Shown: positions 28,524-38,222, counted from the stretch's first letter. The stretch: DNA of 64,000 bases from Candidatus Eiseniibacteriota bacterium (GCA_963717935.1 CAVQXP010000004.1:1696001-1760000); one strand, 5' to 3'. Numbers and translations: made by a program. Notes: generated from the sequence alone by a model not told the origin.

Positions 28524-28549
28524 CCATGCACCGCCCGTGCACGGCCCGT

Positions 28550-31363
28550 CTACCGCCCGGCGGACTCCAGCGCCGTCACGCACCGCCCGCACAGCCCGGC
28601 GCGTGCGCCCTCGGCGACCACGTCCTTGCGGTGCATCCAGCAGCGCTCGCACTTCACCAGCGCCGTGGGCTGCACCGTGACCGCCAGTTCACCCGTGGGC
28701 CCGGTCGCCGTCAGCTCCACCTTCGCCACGATCAGGAACGCGGCCAACTCGCCGCCGTAGGCGCGCAGTCGCGAGATCACGGGCTCGGGGCCGGCGATCG
28801 CGATCTCGGTGGCCGCGGGCGAGGCCACCGTCTTTGCCGCACGCAGCGGCTCGATGGCGGCGTTGACCGCGTCGCGCACGCCGTGCAGGAACTCCCACTC
28901 CTCGTCGGTCGCGGGGTCGGTCGCGCCGGCCGGCCGCTCCGGCCAGCGCGCCAGGTGCACGCTCTCGCACTCGGCCAGCAGCGCGGGGTGGTGCTGCCAG
29001 ACCTCCTCGGCGGTGAAGACCAGCGCCGGAGAGATCGCGATGGTCAGGTCGTGCAGCGCCTGCCACAGGACGGTCTGCGCCGAGCGCCGTGCGGGATCGT
29101 CCGCGGCCAGCGTGTAGAGCCGGTCCTTCGAGACGTCGAGGAAGACGGCCGAGAGATCCACGGTGCACAGGCCGAGCACGGCGTCGAGGGCGCGGTGGAA
29201 CTGCAGCGCCTGCCAGGCCTCGCGCACCACGGCGAGCCGGGCGGTGAGCGCGTCGGAGAATGCGCGGTCCACCGCGGTGAGCCGTTCGCACGGCAGCGCC
29301 TGCGCGGGATCGAAGTCCCCGAGGTTGCCGAGCAGGAAGCGGAACGTGTTCCGCACCTTCCGGTAGGCGTCGGCAGTGCGCTCGAGGATCTCGTCGCTGA
29401 CGCGCACGTCGCTGCGCCAGTCGGTGGCCAGCGCCCACCAGCGCACGATCTCGGCGCCGTACTTCTTCACCACGTCGTGCGGCAGGATGATGTTGCCGAG
29501 CGACTTGTGCATGGCGCGGCCCTCACCGTCGAGCACCCAGCCGTGCGTGCACACGTCGGTGTAGGGCGCGTGGTCGGTGGCGCCGACGCCGACCATGAGC
29601 GAGGAGTTGAACCAGCCACGGTGCTGGTCGGGGCCCTCGAAGTAGACGACGCGCCCGCCCTCGCTCTCGGCCTTGCGCCAGAGCGCGTCGAGCGCGGGGT
29701 GCGTGACCCGCACGGCGCGGTGGGTCGAGCCCGAGTCGAACCACACGTCGAGGATGTCGCTCTCGCGGCGGAACGGGCCTTCGGCGCCGCACGCCGGGCA
29801 CTTGAGGCCGGGCGGCAGGAAGTCCTCGACCGGGCGCTCGTACCAGGCGTCCGAGCCGTGGGCGCGCGTCATCTCGACGGCGCGGCGCATGATGCTGGCG
29901 TCGAGGATGGGCTGGTCACAGGGCTCGCAGTAGATGGCCGGGATTCCCACGCCCCAGCTGCGCTGGCGGGACAGGCACCAGTCGGGGCGCCCGCGCACGG
30001 ACTCGCGGATGCGGTTCTGCGACGACGCCGGATCCCAGTGCACGCCCTCGATCAGCGCGAGCGCGCGCTCGCGGTGCGTGGGAGCGTCCGCGGCGGGGGC
30101 GTGGTCGATGATCATGAACCACTGGTCGGTGGCGCGGAAGATCACGGGCTGGCGGCAGCGCCAGCAGTGCGGGTAGGAGTGGACGAACGAGGAGGCGGCC
30201 AGCAGCCGGCCGCGCTCCTTGAGCCACGCGATGATGTCGGCGTTCACCTCGAGCACGCTGCGGCCCACGAAGGGCTCCGCGCCGGCGAGGAAACGGCCGG
30301 CCTCGTCTACCGGGCAGGAAACCTCGAGGCCTTCGCGCTGGCCGACGAAGAAGTCCTCCTTGCCGTGGCCGGGCGCCGTGTGCACCAGGCCGGTGCCGTC
30401 CTCCATGCTGACGAAGGGCATGCCGTCCACCACGCGCGAGTCGCGGCCCCAGGGGTTCTCGAAGATCGCGCCGACCAGTTCGCGCCCTCGCACCCTGGCG
30501 GCGACGGCGGCGTCGGTCCAGCCGACGGCCTGCGCCACCGCCTCGAGCCGCGCGGCGGCCACGACCCAGTGCCGGCCTCCGGCGGTCGCCACGGCGTAGT
30601 CGGCGTCGGGGTCCACCATCAGGCCGACGTTGGCGGGCAGGGTCCAGGGCGTGGTGGTCCAGGCGATGGCGGCCACGCCGGGCCATGCCTCGAGCGCGCC
30701 GCGCGGGTCGGAACGCAGCGGGAAGGGCACGAAGATCGAGGGCGAGGGATCGTCCGCGTACTCGATCTCGGCCTCGGCCAGCGCGGTGCGGTCGGTCGGG
30801 CACCAGTGGATCGAGCGCAGGCCGCGCTGGATGAAGCCGCGCCCGGCGAGGACGGCGAAGGCGTCGAGGATCGCCGCCTCGAAGTTGGTGTCCATCGTCA
30901 GGTAGGGTGCCTCCCACTCGCCCCAGCCGCCGAGGCGCTCGAACTCGCCGCGCTGCACGTCCACCCAGTGCGCGGCGTACTCGCGGCAGCGGTGGCGCAG
31001 GGCGATGCGTTCGGGCTTGAGCCCCTTCTCGCGGAACTCGCTGGCGACGCGGGTCTCGATCGGCATGCCGTGGTTGTCCCAGCCCGGCACGTAGGGTGCG
31101 TCCCAGCCCATGAGCGAGGCCTGGCGCACGGCGGCGTCCTTCCAGATCTTGTTGGCCGCCGTGCCCATGTGGAGGTGACCGTTGGAGTAGGGCGGGCCGT
31201 CGTGCAGCAGCCAGACCGGCGCGCCGGCGCGCTTCTCGCGCAGGCGGTGGTAGAGGTCGCGCTCCTTCCACCACGCCAGGCGCTCGGGCTCGCGCCTGAG
31301 CAGGTCGGCCTTCATGGGGAATTCCGTCCGCGGCAGGTTCAGCGTGTCGCGATAGCCGGCCAT
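28550..31363 (-). CDS. ileS: Isoleucine--tRNA ligase (type 1)
   Basis: TLNLPRTEFPMKA, LHDGPPYSNGHLHMG, PGWDNHGMP, WTTTPWT, GTGLVH, WCLSRQRSWG, MHKSLGN, C-terminal CERC...CGRC; GGAGG RBS before ATG 31363. Confidence 0.97.
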   Translation of the reverse strand: MAGYRDTLNLPRTEFPMKADLLRREPERLAWWKERDLYHRLREKRAGAPVWLLHDGPPYSNGHLHMGTAANKIWKDAAVRQASLMGWDAPYVPGWDNHGMPIETRVASEFREKGLKPERIALRHRCREYAAHWVDVQRGEFERLGGWGEWEAPYLTMDTNFEAAILDAFAVLAGRGFIQRGLRSIHWCPTDRTALAEAEIEYADDPSPSIFVPFPLRSDPRGALEAWPGVAAIAWTTTPWTLPANVGLMVDPDADYAVATAGGRHWVVAAARLEAVAQAVGWTDAAVAARVRGRELVGAIFENPWGRDSRVVDGMPFVSMEDGTGLVHTAPGHGKEDFFVGQREGLEVSCPVDEAGRFLAGAEPFVGRSVLEVNADIIAWLKERGRLLAASSFVHSYPHCWRCRQPVIFRATDQWFMIIDHAPAADAPTHRERALALIEGVHWDPASSQNRIRESVRGRPDWCLSRQRSWGVGIPAIYCEPCDQPILDASIMRRAVEMTRAHGSDAWYERPVEDFLPPGLKCPACGAEGPFRRESDILDVWFDSGSTHRAVRVTHPALDALWRKAESEGGRVVYFEGPDQHRGWFNSSLMVGVGATDHAPYTDVCTHGWVLDGEGRAMHKSLGNIILPHDVVKKYGAEIVRWWALATDWRSDVRVSDEILERTADAYRKVRNTFRFLLGNLGDFDPAQALPCERLTAVDRAFSDALTARLAVVREAWQALQFHRALDAVLGLCTVDLSAVFLDVSKDRLYTLAADDPARRSAQTVLWQALHDLTIAISPALVFTAEEVWQHHPALLAECESVHLARWPERPAGATDPATDEEWEFLHGVRDAVNAAIEPLRAAKTVASPAATEIAIAGPEPVISRLRAYGGELAAFLIVAKVELTATGPTGELAVTVQPTALVKCERCWMHRKDVVAEGARAGLCGRCVTALESAGR

Positions 31364-31392
31364 GTATCCCTCCAGTGTGACGATGGGACTCC

Positions 31393-31695
31393 AAAGAGAA
31401 ACGCCCCGACGCCTGTGCGCCGGGGCGGACGGGTCCGCGGTGCCACCCGACTTCACGCCGGCCTCGCGGTCGGCGCCTCGGGAGCCATCGGGGATGGCTC
31501 CGGCCCCCTGACGCGGGGCGGACGGCCGAGCCTACCGGGCGCCGTCGCCGCGGTCCCCGCAGGGTCGCCGCGCGGCGAGCGCCGTTCGGTCGGCGGCTCG
31601 GGGGTGATCTTCGGCGCGCGCGTGAGTGCCGGGCTCCCACCGTCCCCGGCTCGCTGGTACGCGCCGCGCGCCTACTCGTCCCCGTCACAGCCTTT
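31393..31695 (-). promoter_or_regulatory. T-box riboswitch (Ile, AUC specifier), transcriptional type
   Basis: Minus strand: GCTGTGACGGGGACGAGTA stem I start; GAAG-ATC-ACC specifier (31608-31606); T-box AAGTCGGGTGGCACCGCG; antiterminator 3' side CGTCCGCCC; terminator CGCCCCGGCGC-ACAG-GCGTCGGGGCG-TTTCTCTTT. Confidence 0.92.
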
Positions 31696-31871
31696 CGACC
31701 GGGTCGACTCGTGAGGCGCTCCGGCGAACGCGCTCTGAACCGGCAGACCGCGCTCAGGGCGCGATTCAGCGACGCGCGCCACGGATCGTCCCGACCGCGA
31801 CGGACGGTGACACGCCAGCCGCCCGGGGTCAAGCGCGCCGCCCGGGGCGCGCCGCCACGGCCCAGCCGCGC

Positions 31872-33026
31872 TCAGCGCGGGTGGTCTTCGGGGGCCGGGG
31901 AGGGAGGTGGAGTGCCGGCGCCCAGGTCGGCGAGGAGCAGGCAGGCGTCGGCCACGGTGGGCGGGGCGCCGCGGTACAGGCCGTCGAGGTCCTTCGCGGG
32001 GCTCTCGAGGCGGAAACGCTGCCGACAGGTCAAGCGGTGGAGCGCCTCCTCGAGCGGTGCGGGCGGCAGGTTCGCTCCGTATGCCACCAGCGACGCGAGG
32101 TCGCGGCGGAGATCGCGCCAGGCGGCTGTATGGCGCAACGCCGCGTGCTCGCGCATGGGCAGCACGCCGGCGTCGACCAGCGTCTCGCGCAGCGAGGCCG
32201 CGTCGGGCGGCAGGTCCATGAGCGGCAGGCGTGCCGCACGCGCCAGGATGCGCTGCCAGGTCGCGCGCGACAGCGGCTCGTCGGCCTGCCACGCGGGCTC
32301 GATCAGGCCGGCGCGCTCTGCCCAGTCGAGATAGGGCCCCGCCCAACTCGTGTCGGCGCGATGGGCCGGCAGCCGCTGGTCGACGAAGGGGAGGGGGTCC
32401 ACGGTGGCCTCGTTTTCCCAGCGCACCGCCGGGTCGCTGGTCTGATGCACCTCGAAATGCAGGTGCTCGGCGGTGGCGTGTCCGCTGCGCCCGACCTTGC
32501 CCAGCGGCGCGCCGGCCCAGATGCGCTGGCCCTCACGCACGAGGGGCGAGCCGCTGCGCAGGTGCGAGTACACGCTGTAGGCGATGTCGCCGTCGAGCAG
32601 GCGGTGGGCCAGCACGACGTGGCTGCCGAAGCCGCTGCCGTCCGGGCGATCGCGGACGACGACCACCAGGCCGTTTGCCGCCGCGTGGACCACGTCGCCG
32701 CCCCGGCCGTTGCCCAGGTCGGCTCCATAATGGACATTGCCGGAGATGGTGAAGCCACGCAGCAGGCGCCACTCCGGCTCGCCGGCCGGGGATGGCCGGG
32801 TGAAGTCGCACGCGGCCCCCAGCGGCCAGGTCCACGCGCCCGCCCACGGCCAGCGCGCGGCGGTGGAGTCATCGAGCGGCAGCAGCCCGCCGAGCAGGAG
32901 CGGCGGCTCCTGGGTGGCCAGAGCAGGGAGGAGCCGCTCCCTGGCGGCCAGCACGGGGACGGCCAGCAGTATGGCCAGCGCCGCGAGGACGGGACCGGCG
33001 CGCCAGGGCTTCTGGGGCCGCCGCAA
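31872..33026 (-). CDS. M23 family metallopeptidase with a C-terminal SLH-like region
   Basis: Signal-like hydrophobic N-terminus; HYGAD (HxxxD), YSHL, VGRSGHATAEHLHFEV; then SWAGPYLDWAERAGLI...DEPLSRA. The start (TTG 33026) is inferred. Confidence 0.8.
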   Translation of the reverse strand: MRRPQKPWRAGPVLAALAILLAVPVLAARERLLPALATQEPPLLLGGLLPLDDSTAARWPWAGAWTWPLGAACDFTRPSPAGEPEWRLLRGFTISGNVHYGADLGNGRGGDVVHAAANGLVVVVRDRPDGSGFGSHVVLAHRLLDGDIAYSVYSHLRSGSPLVREGQRIWAGAPLGKVGRSGHATAEHLHFEVHQTSDPAVRWENEATVDPLPFVDQRLPAHRADTSWAGPYLDWAERAGLIEPAWQADEPLSRATWQRILARAARLPLMDLPPDAASLRETLVDAGVLPMREHAALRHTAAWRDLRRDLASLVAYGANLPPAPLEEALHRLTCRQRFRLESPAKDLDGLYRGAPPTVADACLLLADLGAGTPPPSPAPEDHPR

Positions 33027-33031
33027 GACGA

Positions 33032-35878
33032 TCAGCGGAGGACCACGAGGCGCTGCGCCGCGCCGGGGGCTCCGCGGGGGCGCACGAAATACACGCCGGC
33101 CAGCCAGGGGCGCGTCAGGGCGGATCCCAGGCGGCCGTGGAGTTGCGCTCCCTGGGGCTGGAGGTCCACCACGGCCACGCGCCGCCCCGCCAGATCGTAG
33201 ACATCGAGCGCTCCGCACACCGTCTCGCCGGCCGCGGACCCTGGCGCGGCGCCCCAGCGGAACTCGACATCGCGGCCCGCACGCACGGGATTGGGCCGGA
33301 TGGAGAGCCGCGAAGGCGGGGCCACCGCGACAGGTTGCGGGGCCGCGAGCACTCCGGGCGAGTCGGTGACCCGGCAACGCTCCATGAAGCGGGGCACCCC
33401 CCCGGGGAAGCTCCGGTAGAGCACGATGGGGTTCCCCGGCCAGGAGGCGAGCACGGCGGGCAGCACTGCGGCGCCGTCCACCACCTCCGTGACATTGGTG
33501 CTGTTCGCGTCCCAGCCCATGCTGGGGTGGCGCCGCCGGTAGCGGATCTGCGTGACTCCGCTCACCGAGCGCTCGAACACGACGTGAAGGCCGCCCGCGG
33601 GGTCGAGCATGAGCCGTGCCCTGGCGAGCGTGCTGTTGCTGGTCTCGAGTACCGTGTCCTCGGGCGCGAAGCCCCCGTAGGTCCAGCGACGCTGATAGTG
33701 CAACTCGCTCCCGGTCGAGCCGCTCTCGATCCACAGGCTGTGCAGGGTGCCGTTCGGCTCGGCCATCGTCGAGAGCCAGGTCTGGGGCAGCACGCTCGGG
33801 GGTGTCAGCGTCATGGGGAGAGCGGGGATGGAGTCGGGCCCGCAGCGCGAGAACTGGAGGAGGGGCGGCCAGAACGCGTTGTCCGTCCAGGTCACGATGG
33901 CCCCGCCCATCGGCATGGCCGTGACGAGCGGGTTCGCGGGCGATGCGTCTGCACCCGAGACGGTGAACGGCTGCCCGTAGGGTGACAGGTAGGGGAACCG
34001 CATGTACTTGATCTCCGGCAGGCCCTGACCGATCACGACCCAGGCGACGTAGACGCCGCCCTTGCTGTCAGCCCCGATGGACGGTGCCCGGTGCTCGCCC
34101 GCGAGCGTGCTGAGGACCTGCTCCGGCGTCCACACCCCGCCGACGCGGGCGCGGTAGAAGAGGCGGGGCGCGCCCTGCCGCGTGTCGCTCCAGACGAGCG
34201 CGAGATCGTCGGCGCCCAGCAGGGTCAGGGCGGGCTCGAAGGCGTTGCCCGAGGACTGCGAGACCACGACGCCGGCGTCCCACGTGCCCGCGTGCCGCGA
34301 GCGCAGCACGACCTGGAGGTGGTCGAAGCGCAATTCGCTCGCGACCGAGTAGCCTGTCCCGTCGGCCGTCAGCGCAGCCGTGCGGGCCGGCGTCTGCGCC
34401 TCGACCGGCGAATAGGCGCCGACCGTGCGGTCGGCGGCCGGCTCCCAGCCGATGGCGCGGACTTGCGCGAGGAAGCTCATGCCCTCCGCCACGGGGGCGA
34501 TGTCGAAGAGCCCCACGCCCATCGGGGCGCCCAGGAAGGTGAGGGTGTTCGGCGGCGGCGTGCCGTCGAAGAGCGATGCACGGCCGCTGGTGCCCGGGTA
34601 CGCGTCACCCGCATCCCCGCGATTGATCCCCTGGGTGAGGTCGAAGGCGCCGTTCGCCTCGACGACGACGAGCCCCGGGATCAAGCCCGAGTTGACCGTG
34701 TTGGACTCGATGCCCTGGCCGATCACCGCCTCGTCCACGTGATAGACGATGAGTCCGTCCGCGGGCAGGTTGCGGTCGAAGCCCTCGCGCCGGCGGGCCT
34801 CGACGAGGAAGTGCTCTGGATTGGCCTCGCCCTGGAACGAGAGTTCGAGGATCTGGGTTCCGCTGCCGAGCGGGGAGAGCACCACCGGGGTGTCCTCCGT
34901 GGGCCGCAGCGTCTGCGTCCAACCCAGGAAGAGCGCGGGCCACGCCCCCAGGTGGGTCGGGTACTGGGGCGAGTGGCCATCGCCTCCGTAGACTCCGGTG
35001 CCCATCAGCGACCAGTTGCCGGGGCCCGCGTTGATCGTCCCTCCGTCACGGGTGTCGTAGAGATCCGGCAGGCCGAGGGCGTGCCCGAACTCGTGGCAGT
35101 AGACGCCGATCTCCGAGATCTGCCCGGGGGCGAAATAGGAGAGCTCCGGCAGGGTGGAGAAACGGTCGATGCGCATGTGCTGCGTGAGCGAGCCCGGCAC
35201 GAGCTCGCCGGTCTCGTAGGCGGTGGTGCCGGTCCAGTAGCCGGCGAGCCGGGAGGTGATGGACCACAGGTCGTTCTTGAAGCGGTCCGGTGCCGCCTCG
35301 CCCGGGAGGCCGGCATGCACCACCCAGAGCATGTCCACGAAGCCGTCGCGATCGAGATCGAACTCCGACCACTTCACCTGCGAGGCGCAGGCAACCAGGG
35401 CGTCGAGGACCAGGCCGGCGGAGTTGTGAGGTGTGGCCGTGCGCGACAGCCCGAAGCTGTTGTATCCGTAGTAGAGCTTGTCGTTCGGTAGTTGCACCGT
35501 CGCCACCACGCGCCCCAACACGCTCAGCCTGTCACCCGAGGTCCAGCGATAGTAGTCGTGGAGCGAGCCCGTGGTCGTGGCCTGAGTCGTGTCGAACAGG
35601 GCAAGGTCGAAGTCGGCGCTGCCGTAGGCAAGCGGCGCGTCCGTGTAGGAAACGAGGATGACGGGGATCCGAAAGATCGGCTGGGTGGCGCTCACGCCGA
35701 GCCCGGTGGGGCGGGCGGGAAGCTCGAAGAGCCCGTCGCGGAACGCGGAGGACACCTCTGCGGGTGGGGGGCCCGAAACCGGGGGCATGGTCGCCCCGGC
35801 AGGCGCGGCCAACATGGCCAGCGCGACGACGGCCCAACGGATGAGGAGCATCGCAAATCGGGACACGGGCACCTGCAC
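33032..35878 (-). CDS. Secreted M6 (immune inhibitor A) metalloprotease with beta-repeat region and T9SS/FlgD-like C-terminal domain
   Basis: Signal peptide; IPVILVSY, DLDRDGFVD...VVHAG, GVYCHEFGHALGLPDLYD, WSLMGTG, GLIVYHVDE; C-terminal IRPNP...DVYDLAGRRV...AGVYFVR...RLVVLR. Confidence 0.9.
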   Translation of the reverse strand: MQVPVSRFAMLLIRWAVVALAMLAAPAGATMPPVSGPPPAEVSSAFRDGLFELPARPTGLGVSATQPIFRIPVILVSYTDAPLAYGSADFDLALFDTTQATTTGSLHDYYRWTSGDRLSVLGRVVATVQLPNDKLYYGYNSFGLSRTATPHNSAGLVLDALVACASQVKWSEFDLDRDGFVDMLWVVHAGLPGEAAPDRFKNDLWSITSRLAGYWTGTTAYETGELVPGSLTQHMRIDRFSTLPELSYFAPGQISEIGVYCHEFGHALGLPDLYDTRDGGTINAGPGNWSLMGTGVYGGDGHSPQYPTHLGAWPALFLGWTQTLRPTEDTPVVLSPLGSGTQILELSFQGEANPEHFLVEARRREGFDRNLPADGLIVYHVDEAVIGQGIESNTVNSGLIPGLVVVEANGAFDLTQGINRGDAGDAYPGTSGRASLFDGTPPPNTLTFLGAPMGVGLFDIAPVAEGMSFLAQVRAIGWEPAADRTVGAYSPVEAQTPARTAALTADGTGYSVASELRFDHLQVVLRSRHAGTWDAGVVVSQSSGNAFEPALTLLGADDLALVWSDTRQGAPRLFYRARVGGVWTPEQVLSTLAGEHRAPSIGADSKGGVYVAWVVIGQGLPEIKYMRFPYLSPYGQPFTVSGADASPANPLVTAMPMGGAIVTWTDNAFWPPLLQFSRCGPDSIPALPMTLTPPSVLPQTWLSTMAEPNGTLHSLWIESGSTGSELHYQRRWTYGGFAPEDTVLETSNSTLARARLMLDPAGGLHVVFERSVSGVTQIRYRRRHPSMGWDANSTNVTEVVDGAAVLPAVLASWPGNPIVLYRSFPGGVPRFMERCRVTDSPGVLAAPQPVAVAPPSRLSIRPNPVRAGRDVEFRWGAAPGSAAGETVCGALDVYDLAGRRVAVVDLQPQGAQLHGRLGSALTRPWLAGVYFVRPRGAPGAAQRLVVLR

Positions 35879-36118
35879 GAACCGGTTGTCTCAGGTTGAG
35901 TGAACGGCCCCGGTCACGACGTCATCAGTATCATCGGCGCAGTCGCCGCCGCGGGTCAAGAGGCCTCTGCCGAGCGACTCTTCCGGGAGAACGACCGCGG
36001 CAGGAGCACCGCCGGAAGCGGCCCCGGAGCATCCCGATGCGGCGCCCCCACGGAGCGTCCCGACGGTGGAAGGCCCGCGAGGGCTATGCTAGCGTGCCGC
36101 CTCGTGCGGCGGCTCCTC

Positions 36119-37378
36119 ATGGGACACCGGCTTTGCGGCACCTTTGCCCTCGGGCTGGCCCTGTCGGCGGCCTGCCCCCTGGCCGCGTGCGGGGCCCGTG
36201 ACCTGCCCCCGCTGCGCGCTGGCTCGCCGCCGTTGTTCACGGCCGACGTGGCGATCTCCCTCGACGGGGAGGGCCGGCCGGCGCTCGCCGTTTCGGTGAG
36301 CGTGCCCTACCCGGAGTTGCAGTGGGTCCTGATCCCCGGAGGCTATGGCGCGGGCGCCGAGATCATGGTCTCCCTGGAGCCGGAGAAGAAGGGCGGGCGC
36401 GTGTTCGGAGACGTGTGGGAGCGGCGGCCCGGCGTGCCGGCGTTCGAGCAGACTCTGCCGGCTTCCTCGGTGGTGTCGGACTCGCGGACCTTTCCGGTTC
36501 CGGCCGGCCGCTACCGCGCGCGGATCTCGGTGCGGGACCTGTATGCCGGTCTCTCTTCATCGGCCTCGGAGGAGATCGACGTGCCCGACTATTCGCACGT
36601 TCCCGTCGGGCTCTCCGACCTGGACCTGGGCACGGCGGACTCGGCCGGGCGCTTCACGCCGGTCCCGGCGCGCACCTTCGGCCTCGAAGTGGGCCGACTG
36701 GCGGCCCGGGTCGCTCTCTTCGACCGGCGGCCGGGGCCCTGGCCCCGGTCCTACGCCCTCCGATACCGTATCCTCGACGACCAGGGCCTGGAGGTCCGGG
36801 TCGGTCAGCGGGAGGTGATGTTGGCCCGCTCGGCCGAACCGGTGCTCGTACGTCCCGCGGAGAGCGACCTCTTCCTGGGCCGCTACGTCTTCGAGGTCGG
36901 CCTGGGTGAGGGCCGGTCGCGCTGGCGGGCAGACCGGTCCTTCGAAGTGGAGGAGAGTGGGCCCCCCCGGGGCAAGGAGTTCATCCGCATGCTCGAAGTG
37001 CTCTCGTACATCGCCGAGCCGGGGGAGGTCGGGCGCATGCGTTCGCTGCAGCCCGAGGCGCAGGCGCAGGGCTGGGAGGAGTTCTGGCGCCGGCGTGATC
37101 CGGCGCCCGGTACGGGGCGCAACGAGGCCCTGATCGAGTTCTTCCGCCGCGTGCGCTACACCGGGACCCACTTCCAGGGCTTCGGCCCGGGCTGGCGCTC
37201 GGACATGGGCCGGATCTACGTCAAGTACGGGCCGCCCGAGCAGATCGAGACCCGCTCCGCCGTGACCGGAACGGCGGCGCTCGAGGTCTGGACCTACGGC
37301 CGTCCCTTCCGCCGCTTCGTCTTCGAGGATCGTGACGGGTTCGGCCGCTTCGTCCTCGTGAGGCCCCCCTTCGAATGA
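36119..37378 (+). CDS. GWxTD domain-containing lipoprotein
   Basis: Lipobox LAAC; C-terminal EFWRRRDP.PGT..NE...EFFRRV.Y...F...GWRSDMGRIYVKYGPP. Start uncertain (ORF is open from 35900). Confidence 0.82.
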   Translation: MGHRLCGTFALGLALSAACPLAACGARDLPPLRAGSPPLFTADVAISLDGEGRPALAVSVSVPYPELQWVLIPGGYGAGAEIMVSLEPEKKGGRVFGDVWERRPGVPAFEQTLPASSVVSDSRTFPVPAGRYRARISVRDLYAGLSSSASEEIDVPDYSHVPVGLSDLDLGTADSAGRFTPVPARTFGLEVGRLAARVALFDRRPGPWPRSYALRYRILDDQGLEVRVGQREVMLARSAEPVLVRPAESDLFLGRYVFEVGLGEGRSRWRADRSFEVEESGPPRGKEFIRMLEVLSYIAEPGEVGRMRSLQPEAQAQGWEEFWRRRDPAPGTGRNEALIEFFRRVRYTGTHFQGFGPGWRSDMGRIYVKYGPPEQIETRSAVTGTAALEVWTYGRPFRRFVFEDRDGFGRFVLVRPPFE

Positions 37379-38178
37379 CCCGGCTCACTCATGCGGTCGT
37401 TTCGCTGGCGGCGCTGGACGTGCGGCGCCGGCCCGAGCACGGGGCGGAGCTCGGCAGTCAGCTCCTGCTGGGCGAGGTCGTACGAATCCTCGGCGGGCGT
37501 CCCGGCGGGCAGTGGTGGCGGGTCGAGAGCCTTGCGGATGGTTACCGCGGCTGGGTCCGGGGCTGGGGACTCGTCCGCGCGCCGGCCGCCCGCGCCCGTT
37601 CGTGGCAGGCGAAGGCGGCCGCCCGCGTGGCCGTCGCGGTGGTCGAGGCGCGGACCGGGCCCGGCCGGGGCGCGCTGGTGAGCCCGCTGTTCCTGAACGC
37701 CCGGGTCATCGCCGGTCGGCGCCGTGGCGCCCATCGCCGCGTCGAACTGCCCGACGGGCGCAGGGGCTGGGTGCCGGTCGCGTCCCTGGCCTGCCGGGGC
37801 GAGAAGCCCGCGCTCCTGGAGAGGGTCCTCAGCCTGCTCGGGGTCCCGTATCACTGGGGCGGACGGACGGCGCTCGGGTTCGATTGCTCCGGTTTCACCC
37901 AGCAGGTACTCGCCGAGCAGGGCGTGAGCCTGCCGCGCGATGCCGTGCGCCAGTTCCGGGCCTCGAGGCGGCTCTCGAGCGGAGAGCAACCCGAGCCGGG
38001 CGACCTCGTCTTCTTCGCAGCTCCGGGGCACCCCCCGGGGCATGTCGGGATCGGGTTGGGCGGGGGGTACTACGCCCACTGTCGAGGGATGGTCAGAATC
38101 AGCTCGCTGGAGTCGTCTAATAAGTTGTACGACAAGGAGATAGCGCCTCAGTGCGTGGGGTGGACGAGGCCCGGGTAG
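37375..38178 (+). CDS. SH3b + NlpC/P60 (C40) peptidase
   Basis: SQLLLGE...DGYRGWV SH3-like repeats; LGVPYHWGG...GFDCSGF, LPRDA..Q, PGDLVFF, HVGI. Confidence 0.92.
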   Translation: MTRLTHAVVSLAALDVRRRPEHGAELGSQLLLGEVVRILGGRPGGQWWRVESLADGYRGWVRGWGLVRAPAARARSWQAKAAARVAVAVVEARTGPGRGALVSPLFLNARVIAGRRRGAHRRVELPDGRRGWVPVASLACRGEKPALLERVLSLLGVPYHWGGRTALGFDCSGFTQQVLAEQGVSLPRDAVRQFRASRRLSSGEQPEPGDLVFFAAPGHPPGHVGIGLGGGYYAHCRGMVRISSLESSNKLYDKEIAPQCVGWTRPG

Positions 38179-38222
38179 GTCCGGGGTGACCTCCGGCGGA
38201 GCCTGGCGGCGGGAGATTCGAC

